This document shows positions 18,752 to 26,981 of a stretch of DNA of 40,656 bases, piece by piece. The stretch lies in the sequence record SRR2962707_3849, one strand, 5' to 3'. Both the position numbers and the translations under genes were made by a program. Position 1 is the first letter of the stretch. The number at the start of each line of letters is the position of its first letter. The notes under the pieces are model-generated. The model was not told the DNA's origin. It searched no databases and saw only the letters and a program-made list of their open reading frames with translations.

Positions 18752-19044
18752 TGCAGTCCTTCCCTCAAATTTGCCGCCGGGCCAAGAGATGGCGGACCCA
18801 AGCATGTGTTGTTATGACCAGAACCAAGTGGTTGCCCTTGCACCCACCCTTATCGTTTTATGTTCGCGGGAAACCGGCGCCTCCAGCGTGCTAAATGGTG
18901 GCAATGAACTCGCGAAGCGCGAGGAACAAGTTCCCGAGTATGCTCCGGGGCCAGGGGACATTTAGCGTTTTTACGAAAATCACATAGATGAATGCCGCTA
19001 TGGCGAGCGCGTATAGCAGGGAGGAGCGAACTTAACGGGGGGCG

Positions 19045-19680
19045 TTATAGATGGTCGAGAAACGCATTCACCAAATCGATAGCCCCGGCGCGGGCCACCG
19101 GAACGCCGATGGCTTGGTCTACGGCAAGAAAGGGGTCCGGCAGGGCGCGCAGCCCGGGCTCGATCCTGCCTGCCGAGGGTATCGGACCCATAAAGACCTC
19201 CGCCTGAGCGGTTCCCGCCGCCATCGCGGCGCGAACCTCCGGTTTTGTCGCACAGAGCAGGACCTTGTCGGCCGGTAGATGCCGCAGCAGATGCAGCGAA
19301 TAGGCGCTGCCACGAAGCGCCGCCACAACGAGCCCGAACTTTTCGATGTCCTCGGAGCTTTGGGCCGGCGAGGTCTCGGCCACGACGTAGCGGCCCTCGA
19401 GGCGGACATAGGGACGGCTGAAAGCGATGATGTCGGCTCTGGCGGCATCATTGGCCAGAAAGCAGATGTCCCAGTCGCTGGCGCCGTTGGCGGTTACCGC
19501 CGCGGCCCTTTCAAACAGGATGAATTCGACGCTTACCCCAAGGTGCTCGGCCAGGCCTTGCGCGAGGTCAACAGTTATTCCTTCGGGGCTATTGTCGGGC
19601 CCCAGCCGGACGAGATTTCTGTTGCCGAGATTGAGGGCGGCCCGAAGCCGCCCTCCCGGTGCAATGCTCGATTGTGACAT
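19045..19680 (-). CDS. Orphan amino-acid-type substrate-binding domain protein (SBP_bac_3-like)
   Basis: IAPGGRLRAALNLGN, GITVDLA, WDICFLA, FS.PYV..EG.Y and GSAYSLHL; no signal peptide; 211 aa. Confidence 0.75.
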   Translation of the reverse strand: MSQSSIAPGGRLRAALNLGNRNLVRLGPDNSPEGITVDLAQGLAEHLGVSVEFILFERAAAVTANGASDWDICFLANDAARADIIAFSRPYVRLEGRYVVAETSPAQSSEDIEKFGLVVAALRGSAYSLHLLRHLPADKVLLCATKPEVRAAMAAGTAQAEVFMGPIPSAGRIEPGLRALPDPFLAVDQAIGVPVARAGAIDLVNAFLDHL

Positions 19681-19687
19681 GCGGCCC

Positions 19688-21739
19688 CTAGACTGACGGA
19701 ATCATGCTGGTGAGCTGCGGAAAGAGCGCACCGAGCACGGTATTGGGCCAGAATACGCGGATCAGCTGGTCGAACACCACATAGACGAACAGCGTAACGC
19801 CGGCGGCATAGAGCACGGTCAGCCGCCACGGTTCGCGGGCGTGAAAGCGCAGGTAGGCGATCACGAAAACCGGTATCGTGGGAATAAGCCCGATAACGGC
19901 CATCAGGCCCATGAACAGCAGGAACCATCCGAAGAACTGTGCAGCGCGTGAAAGAACCAGTCGGTTGCCCAGATCGTCTTTCTCCGAGCCGATGTCCATG
20001 TAGATTCCCCGATAGGAGATATCGCGTTCGTCCTCGATGGGCCGTCCGCGCGCCGTCACGGCATGGTAGAAGCTGACGGCCGCTCCAATCAGCAGCACCG
20101 TGCCGACAATTTGCGGGCCCAGCCTTGCCGCTGTCGGCCATTTTGAGGCTTCGAACATCATCAGTACGGTGATACCCATCAGAATGACGTAGAACAGGTC
20201 GCTCAACTTGAACACCGGCCGCCCCGAGGGAACGAGGGCACTCAGCCCGCCATGGCGTATCTCGTTGATCAGGGGACGAGCAAGGACAAGCACTGCAATG
20301 GCCAAAACCCCCATGACGCCCGGACGGTAGAGCCAATCGGCGCCATAGCGAACGATCGATATGCCCAGATAGCGTTCCAGCAATACGCCCAGCACAAGGC
20401 CAAGCACGAGCGGCGGACGGGGCCAGTTGAGCCGTTTCATCGCCCAACCGACGAGACCGGCCACGAGCAGCACGAGCATGTCGCCCCAGCTCGAGGACGC
20501 CTGATACGCACCGATATAGACCACCACCAGGATCGCCGGCAGCAGCAGCGTGTAACGAAGCGTCGCGATGCGGGCGAAATAGACGCTGAGCGTTATGCAG
20601 GCCAGCGTTCCGATGATGTTGGCGACCATCATGCTCCACACCATCGAATAGGTGATGTCGAGATGGGTGGTCATCATGTCGGGGCCCGGCACGATGCCGT
20701 GGACCAGCATAGCGCCGATAAGGATGGCCATGGCGGCGCTGCCCGGAACACCAAACACAAGCGTGGTGCCAAGGCTCCCTGAATTGATCGCGTTGGCGGC
20801 GGCTTCGGGTGCGATCACGCCCCTGATATCGCCTTTCGTGAAAGTCTCGGATGCGCCCTTTTCGGTGCGCGCCGCATGGCCGTAAGCCATCCAGTCGACC
20901 ACCGCTCCGGAAAAGCCCGGGATGGCGCCGCAGACCACGCCCAGAATGCTCGAGCGGACCACAAGAAACCAATGGGTCAGCGCGTCGCGTATCCCCTGCG
21001 ACCGCCCCTTCTTGGGATCGAACTTGACGTTATCGGCCAGCGGCTTGCGCGCGATCGCCAATTCGCAGAGTTCGGGCAGCGCGAACAGCCCGAGCATGAG
21101 CGGCATGATCGGCACGCCGTCCCAGAGATAGACAAAGCTGCCCGTCCACCTGCGTTGAGCGGTCTGGGCGTCAATGCCGATCATTGAGATCAGGATGCCG
21201 AAACAGGCTATGGCGACGCCACGCAGGGGCGCGTTCCCCGACAGGGCCGCGACCATGGCGAGTGCCAGCGTGGTGATGGCGAAAAGTTCCGGCGTCCCGA
21301 TTGCCAGCACGAATGGCCGGATGAAGGGAATGGTGAATGCGAGCAGAAACGCGCCGAACACGCCGCCCATGAGGGACGACGTATAGCCGGCAGCCAGCGC
21401 CCGGGCCGCCTCCCCCTTCTTGGCGAGCTCGTGCCCGTCGAGAACAAGCGCCTGCGCGCTCGATGTTCCGGGCACCCCGATCAGCACCGCCGGCAACGTG
21501 TCGGAGGTGGTGGTCACCGCCTGCATGCCCAGCAGCATGCCAAGCGCCGCTATGGGATCCATGGTGTAGGTGAACGGGATCAGCAGGGCGAAACCGGTGA
21601 GCCCGCCAATTCCGGGAATGAGCCCGATGATAAGCCCCACGGCGACGCCGAAAACCATGAAGATCATGCGCTCTGGTTGGAAGACGAGCATCAGGGCACT
21701 CCCTGCTGCGTCGATCACGCTAAAATCCAGCGCCTCCAT
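19688..21739 (-). CDS. tctA: TctA permease with fused C-terminal TctB-like domain, paralog 2
   Basis: Same TctA motifs and C-terminal extension as 11697-13757; 683 aa. Confidence 0.85.
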   Translation of the reverse strand: MEALDFSVIDAAGSALMLVFQPERMIFMVFGVAVGLIIGLIPGIGGLTGFALLIPFTYTMDPIAALGMLLGMQAVTTTSDTLPAVLIGVPGTSSAQALVLDGHELAKKGEAARALAAGYTSSLMGGVFGAFLLAFTIPFIRPFVLAIGTPELFAITTLALAMVAALSGNAPLRGVAIACFGILISMIGIDAQTAQRRWTGSFVYLWDGVPIMPLMLGLFALPELCELAIARKPLADNVKFDPKKGRSQGIRDALTHWFLVVRSSILGVVCGAIPGFSGAVVDWMAYGHAARTEKGASETFTKGDIRGVIAPEAAANAINSGSLGTTLVFGVPGSAAMAILIGAMLVHGIVPGPDMMTTHLDITYSMVWSMMVANIIGTLACITLSVYFARIATLRYTLLLPAILVVVYIGAYQASSSWGDMLVLLVAGLVGWAMKRLNWPRPPLVLGLVLGVLLERYLGISIVRYGADWLYRPGVMGVLAIAVLVLARPLINEIRHGGLSALVPSGRPVFKLSDLFYVILMGITVLMMFEASKWPTAARLGPQIVGTVLLIGAAVSFYHAVTARGRPIEDERDISYRGIYMDIGSEKDDLGNRLVLSRAAQFFGWFLLFMGLMAVIGLIPTIPVFVIAYLRFHAREPWRLTVLYAAGVTLFVYVVFDQLIRVFWPNTVLGALFPQLTSMIPSV

Positions 21740-21816
21740 GATTAAACTCCAGTCGTGTAGCTATTGGTCAGTTGATTGCTGCTTCGCGTATGTCCGGTTT
21801 TGCCCGGCTGGAAAGG

Positions 21817-22701
21817 TCAGGTCATCTCCAGCGCCTCGAGGCCGTAGCCTGCAGCTCTCCGGACGACGCGGCCGATCCCAGGCATCCCCCAGTGATAACC
21901 GGTGCATATGACGCCGTCGGACGCCGCCCAGTCCAACATCCGCTCCCGGGTGGAGGCTGCCTGCTGGGGATCGTCGTCGGCGGCCAGATACCATTGGGGG
22001 TGGTGCATGTTGAAGGGCGGGATATTGGTGACATCGCCCGTCACGCAAATCTGCGCCGCGCCGGAACTCAACAACACACTTGTGTGGCCGGCCGAATGCC
22101 CATGGCTGGCGACCGCCGTCAGCCCGGGCAGGATCTCGGCATCGTTCTCGTAGCGAACGCTATTGGACCATTGGGGTAGCGTTCGGCGGATGCGCTCGGC
22201 CAAAGCCTGGCGCTGTCGGGGAATGGCGTCCGAACGCGTCCAGAAATCGTACTCGGCAGCCGGAACGTAAATCGGCAGGTCGGGATAGACCTGCTCGTCG
22301 TTCGCGGTCATCAACCCGAAGATGTGGTCGGGGTGGAAATGGGTCACCACGATCGCCGACAAACCACTCGGGTCCAGACCGGCTGCCTTCATGTTGGCAA
22401 GCAGCTGCCCGCTCTTGGGCCGGCCATGCTCGCCCAGCCCGGCATCAAACATGACGAGCGATCCGCCGATGCGAGCGATGGTAACGGTGTAGGAATTGGG
22501 GATCCGGCCCGGCGGAAACCCGTTCGCCTGAAGGACCGTCTCGACCGTTTCCGCCGATACATTGGAAAAGAACGCGGCGTCGAGCTCGCGTGATATCGAG
22601 CCTTCAAATATCTGGAAGACCTCGATGTCCTCGAAGGAGAATCTGGCAAAAGCCCGGCCCTCGCGGTTCAATGGTCCCTGCTCTGGCGATCCGGACGTCA
22701 T
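21817..22701 (-). CDS. MBL-fold metallo-hydrolase (AHL-lactonase/methyl-parathion-hydrolase-like)
   Basis: FDAG, THFHPDHIFG (HxHxDH), GHSAGH, GD and YH: full metal-ligand set. Confidence 0.85.
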   Translation of the reverse strand: MTSGSPEQGPLNREGRAFARFSFEDIEVFQIFEGSISRELDAAFFSNVSAETVETVLQANGFPPGRIPNSYTVTIARIGGSLVMFDAGLGEHGRPKSGQLLANMKAAGLDPSGLSAIVVTHFHPDHIFGLMTANDEQVYPDLPIYVPAAEYDFWTRSDAIPRQRQALAERIRRTLPQWSNSVRYENDAEILPGLTAVASHGHSAGHTSVLLSSGAAQICVTGDVTNIPPFNMHHPQWYLAADDDPQQAASTRERMLDWAASDGVICTGYHWGMPGIGRVVRRAAGYGLEALEMT

Positions 22702-23507
22702 CGGGCCGCCCCCTGCGCCAGATCGCCCTGGGCGGTCATTTCCGCTTCAGCGCCAAACAGCAGCCCTTCCATGACTTTGGGCATGGTGCGTTCGATATCG
22801 CCGACCGGCAGGCCGTGCGTGGGCGCAAGCAGGCGGACGTCGAGTGCATCGACCATGCGCTCGAACTCCTCGATATAGACGTTCATATCGGCGAACTTGG
22901 TCCAGAACAGCGCCCGCTCGGCATAGACCGCCGACACGTCCTTGAGGTCCAGGTCCTGTGCTTCTTCGGCCAGCAGGCCGCAATGGCCCTGTTCATGGAA
23001 ATGGCTGTAGGCCAGCCCGTCGCCAGGAAACAGCACTCGCTCGCGCTCATCGAACAGCCACAGTGTCGTCCGCAGGTCGCGGATCACAGAGTCCAGCGTG
23101 GTGAGCCGACGATTGCCGAGCTCGAGGCTGTCGCCGGCCACCATGGGGCGCAGGCGATCGGCAAATTGGGGAAAGGCAAGGTGATAATCGCTGACGTCGC
23201 CATGCAAGGTCATGTCGGGATAGAGTTGCAGAAGGCGGCCCAAGCTCCCGGCATGGGGCGTTTCCTGATGGGTGAGGAAAAGATGCTTGAGCGGGGGGCG
23301 CTGGCCACCGTCCAGCAGGCTGCGCAGATGGGCGTGGACGACGGCGAAATCCTTGGGCGCGCCGGTTTCGATGAGACACGAGGTATCGTCGCCGCAAACC
23401 ACGAACGCAGAATTATACCCGTGATAAACCTTGCCGCGCACACGCTGGACCTGGCAATCGCCGATCCAGAAGACGCCTGGCGCCAGTTCTCTTGGCAGGC
23501 TACTCAT
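22698..23507 (-). CDS. MBL-fold protein resembling the flavodiiron/ODP di-iron domain, without flavodoxin domain
   Basis: ELAPGVFWIG, YNSAFVV...LIETG, LTHQETPHAG, VLFPGDG and LAPTHG. Confidence 0.7.
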   Translation of the reverse strand: MSSLPRELAPGVFWIGDCQVQRVRGKVYHGYNSAFVVCGDDTSCLIETGAPKDFAVVHAHLRSLLDGGQRPPLKHLFLTHQETPHAGSLGRLLQLYPDMTLHGDVSDYHLAFPQFADRLRPMVAGDSLELGNRRLTTLDSVIRDLRTTLWLFDERERVLFPGDGLAYSHFHEQGHCGLLAEEAQDLDLKDVSAVYAERALFWTKFADMNVYIEEFERMVDALDVRLLAPTHGLPVGDIERTMPKVMEGLLFGAEAEMTAQGDLAQGAAR

Positions 23508-24403
23508 GGTCGCGCCTCCTTTGAGGGGTAGTATTGCTTGTCGTGCGGAATATAGACGGGCGGCGTTTGCGATCTGTCGAGTTCGCGCAGCACCGTATCG
23601 AGCATCCGATAGTGTCGTTCGACGGTTTGCCTGCCGCGCAACAGCTTTCCATAGCCTGGCGCGATGTTCTCGATGTCGTGAGCATCAAATATCGCGTCGA
23701 TGCCGCGCCTGAGTTCGTCCGTCCGAGCCCCTTCGAGCCACCAGTAGCGGGTGCTCAGCAGGAACCGCCGGACGTCTTCTTCCGTCGTCTCGTCGGCACC
23801 GGCATCGATGCTCCACTGCGGCTCCATGCTCTCGCTCCAAGAGTGGGCGAACATGTCCGATGTGAACAGGGTCTTGCTCGCCGGGTCGTAGACCCAGCGG
23901 GTATTGATGAGGCGCAACGGAGACTGGTTGAACTTGACCGGCCGCTTGCGGCTGCCGATCTCCACCCATTCGTTGCCGGTAATCAGTTCGACGGGAAACC
24001 GCCCGGCGTTCGCCTCGGCTTCCTCCTGGCTCGTCGATTCAAAATCGAGGGCGGCGGCGGCGTTCTTGATGGTGGCGAACAGTCTCTTGATGGGAAAGTG
24101 CCGGGCAATCGGCAACGCATTGCCGACCGAGAGGAAGTCATTGAGACGAAGCACCATGATGGAAAGCGAAGTGTCAGGGCCGATCAGCGAACCAATCTGG
24201 CTCAGCATCTGGTCCTTGTGGATGCCAAACCCTGTATCGAGCAGCAGCGCCTCGTCGTCCTCCACCAGCAGGTAGCAATTGCATGGTGCGTATCCGCGGG
24301 CCTGACTCGGATAGTGCCCTACCCTCCCGTCGAGCGCGATGACGTTGTGAAGCGCATATGTGCTGCCGGCAGCAAGCTCGGTGAGGCTGGATGAAGCGTT
24401 CAT
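23504..24403 (-). CDS. Degenerate MBL-fold (flavodiiron/ODP-like) protein lacking His ligands
   Basis: NCYLL....ALLLDTG, WVYDPASKTLFTSDMF and IAPGYG; ATGA overlap with the next gene; GGAG RBS. Confidence 0.65.
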   Translation of the reverse strand: MNASSSLTELAAGSTYALHNVIALDGRVGHYPSQARGYAPCNCYLLVEDDEALLLDTGFGIHKDQMLSQIGSLIGPDTSLSIMVLRLNDFLSVGNALPIARHFPIKRLFATIKNAAAALDFESTSQEEAEANAGRFPVELITGNEWVEIGSRKRPVKFNQSPLRLINTRWVYDPASKTLFTSDMFAHSWSESMEPQWSIDAGADETTEEDVRRFLLSTRYWWLEGARTDELRRGIDAIFDAHDIENIAPGYGKLLRGRQTVERHYRMLDTVLRELDRSQTPPVYIPHDKQYYPSKEARP

Positions 24404-24496
24404 GGATCAACTCCTGCTTCTGATGGTCCCGGGTGCCTGGTCCGATTGCCGCCGCGCGCCAAATGGGAGGAAGACGCGCGGCGGCGAACCCGATCG

Positions 24497-25534
24497 TTAC
24501 GACGGCGGGTTGATCAGGGTCCGGACAACCGCGAGGGTTTCATCGGTGGCCTCGTAGATGCGGCCTACCACGTCCTCGACCTCTTCACCGGTGATCGGCT
24601 TGGGGTCGGCTCCCGAAGTATTGGCCACGGCCAGATATTCGGGGTCGGTGGCCGCATCGATGAAGGCCTGACGCAGTGCGGCAAGGCGGTCTTCAGGGAT
24701 GCCCGGGGGCGCCGCGAACGGCTGACCCGCTTCCATGGGCAGAAGAAAGAATTCCGCAACCGCCCGTTTTGCCGGATCGTCGGTGAATTCGAGGATGTTG
24801 GGCGCGTCGGGGAATCTCGGATCGGGCTCCATCGCCGTCTGCAACAGGACCTGGACCTGCCCGTCTTCGAGCCAGGGCTTTTCGATGCCGAACCCCATGA
24901 GATAGTCGATCGCAATCATGCGACCATCGACTTCGCCGCGTTCGATGGCAAGGCTGATCGCCGGGGACCCATCGTAGCCTGGAATGATGTCGAACTGGGT
25001 ATCGAAAAATTCGTTCATCATCGCCGGCAGGACGCGGTTCTCATTTGCATAAGAGGTCGCCCCAAGCTTGATCGGCGTGCTGAAGATATCCTCCGGCACC
25101 TGCGCCTCGATATCGCTGCGGACCAGCAGGGCATATGCCTCCTTGTTGAGGCTGCCGATCCAGTTGACCTCACGCGGATCGAATTCGACATCAACCTCTG
25201 AAACCAGCGGCAGGTAAAGGTTGTTGCGCTGCAGGAAGGTGATGAGGCTTCCATCACGCGGCGCAGCCGCCTGCATATGGATGGCCGCAGTCATACCGCT
25301 CGCGCCGGGCATGTTCGTGATGATGATGTCGGGATTGCCCGGCATGTGCTTTTGCAGGAACGGGGCAAACTGACGGACATAGGTATCGATACCGCCTCCG
25401 CCGGCCGCGCTGGCCACGATGGTCAGGGGATTGTTGCTGTAGAATTCCTCGACAGTCTGGGCGTTCGCGATGGGCATGCCGGCCAGCGACAACGCAAGTC
25501 CTGCGCCCACTATCTGTAGCATTTTGCTATACAT
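24497..25534 (-). CDS. tctC: TctC/Bug-family substrate-binding protein (divergent clade)
   Basis: Signal peptide ANA-Q, AAGGGID, HMPGNP, NMPGASG, AIERGEVDG and APPGIPEDRL. Confidence 0.85.
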   Translation of the reverse strand: MYSKMLQIVGAGLALSLAGMPIANAQTVEEFYSNNPLTIVASAAGGGGIDTYVRQFAPFLQKHMPGNPDIIITNMPGASGMTAAIHMQAAAPRDGSLITFLQRNNLYLPLVSEVDVEFDPREVNWIGSLNKEAYALLVRSDIEAQVPEDIFSTPIKLGATSYANENRVLPAMMNEFFDTQFDIIPGYDGSPAISLAIERGEVDGRMIAIDYLMGFGIEKPWLEDGQVQVLLQTAMEPDPRFPDAPNILEFTDDPAKRAVAEFFLLPMEAGQPFAAPPGIPEDRLAALRQAFIDAATDPEYLAVANTSGADPKPITGEEVEDVVGRIYEATDETLAVVRTLINPPS

Positions 25535-25630
25535 GTTCTACTCCTCCTCATTGTTGGCTGCCCTGCCTTTTCGACAAGGACGGGCGCCGTTGCCGGGCAC
25601 CCGAGGGTGCCCGGCCGGACCGGCGCAAGA

Positions 25631-26671
25631 TCAGGACTGGGGGTTGACCAGCGGCCGGACCTTTTCGAGCACGTCGTCGGACGCGGAGTAAATCTCCTCC
25701 ACGATCTCCTGGACGGCTTCACCCGAAATCGGTGTCGGCGTGTTTGCGACCTGTTCCATATGCGCGATGTATTCAGGGTCGGCCGTCGCATCCATGAAGG
25801 CCTGGCGAAGCGCCGCAAGGCGGTCTTCGGGGATGCCAGCCGGAGCGGCAAACGGACGTCCTGCCTCCATCGGGGCAAGGACAAACCTTGCAAGGGCCTC
25901 GATCTCGGGGTCCTCGATGTAATCGAACAGGTTTGGCGCGTCCGGGAAGTGCTCGCTTGAATTGACGGCCGTCTGAAGAACCACTTCGATGGTGCCGTCT
26001 TCGAGGAAAGGCGCCTCGTTGCCGTAACCGATGAGGTTATCGACGGGCAGCATGCGGCCGTCGATTTCGCCACGTTCGAGGGCCAGCGTCATCGCGGCGG
26101 CCCCTTCATAACCAGTGATGATCTCGAACTGAGTTCCCAGATACTCGTTCATCATGGCGGGGAGAACGCGGTTTTCGTTGGCAAACGAAGTGGCGCCCAT
26201 CCGGATAGTCGTGTCGAACAGGTCGTCGGCGGACTCGATACCGGCCCGCGTCATGATAGCGACCGTATAGATTTCCTTGGTCAGGCTGCCCAGCCAGTTG
26301 GCTTCGAGCGGCTCGAAATCGAGCGGAACGTCGGAGACAAGCGGGAAATAGAGATTGTTGCGCAGCAACATCGCCACTTCCGTACCGTCCTTGGGAGCGG
26401 CGGACATCATCTGGATGGCTGCCGACATACCGCTGGCGCCCGGCAGGTTGCGCACGATGATGTCAGGATTTCCCGGAATGTGCTTTTGCCAGAACGGCAC
26501 GAATTGCCGGGCGTAAAAGTCCGCGCCCCCGCCTGCGGCGGCGCCCACCACCAGCGTGAGGTCGTTATTGCTGTAGAACTCCTCGACGCTCTGTTCCTGG
26601 GCGACGGCGCCCGGCGCGATAGCGAGCGCCAGAAGGCTGCACGCGATTGCCGATAGGTACTTGTTGGTCAT
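25631..26671 (-). CDS. tctC: TctC/Bug-family substrate-binding protein (divergent clade), tandem paralog
   Basis: Signal peptide AVA-Q, AAGGGAD, HIPGNP, NLPGASG and ALERGEIDG; AGGAGG RBS. Confidence 0.85.
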   Translation of the reverse strand: MTNKYLSAIACSLLALAIAPGAVAQEQSVEEFYSNNDLTLVVGAAAGGGADFYARQFVPFWQKHIPGNPDIIVRNLPGASGMSAAIQMMSAAPKDGTEVAMLLRNNLYFPLVSDVPLDFEPLEANWLGSLTKEIYTVAIMTRAGIESADDLFDTTIRMGATSFANENRVLPAMMNEYLGTQFEIITGYEGAAAMTLALERGEIDGRMLPVDNLIGYGNEAPFLEDGTIEVVLQTAVNSSEHFPDAPNLFDYIEDPEIEALARFVLAPMEAGRPFAAPAGIPEDRLAALRQAFMDATADPEYIAHMEQVANTPTPISGEAVQEIVEEIYSASDDVLEKVRPLVNPQS

Positions 26672-26820
26672 TCTCTCCTCCTGTGATCGGAACGATCTGT
26701 TTCAAACCGGAAAAGTCCCTGCCGTTTGCCGGCTATTGTTGCTGGTTCTCTTCCGGTTTTCCGGCGCCCGGGGCTCTTGTCGTCCTCTCCGACACAAACC
26801 TTCCGTTCGCTCTGCCTTTG

Positions 26821-26889
26821 ACCGTAGCGTTCGCCATTTCACGACATAAGATGCATATTGTTCGCAAAACTCGTGAACTTTCTTCACAA
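26821..26889 (-). promoter_or_regulatory. Candidate LysR-activated promoter of the tctC-tctC-MBL operon
   Basis: Box TTGTGAAGAAAGTTCACGA (26871-26889, minus strand) and candidate -10 TACGGT (26821-26826). Confidence 0.6.
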
Positions 26890-26981
26890 ATCAAATGGCC
26901 TAGCCTGCGGTTTCCGGGAGACTGCCTCCCCGCACGATTGGCGCACCAAGGGCCGCCCGGCGCGCCGAACGACCGCTAACC

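Noticed and set aside
1-18805. Calling the left module a complete phthalate or protocatechuate 4,5-cleavage operon
   Set aside because: No ring-hydroxylating or ring-cleavage dioxygenase, ligC or ligK in the window, and the LigI-like genes lack the catalytic Asp. Only ligJ is named as a pathway gene.
19575-20972. 465-aa alternative-frame ORF inside the second tctA fusion
   Set aside because: Arg/Gly/Ala-rich off-frame translation. The main frame is intact and matches its paralog end to end, so no frameshift is needed.
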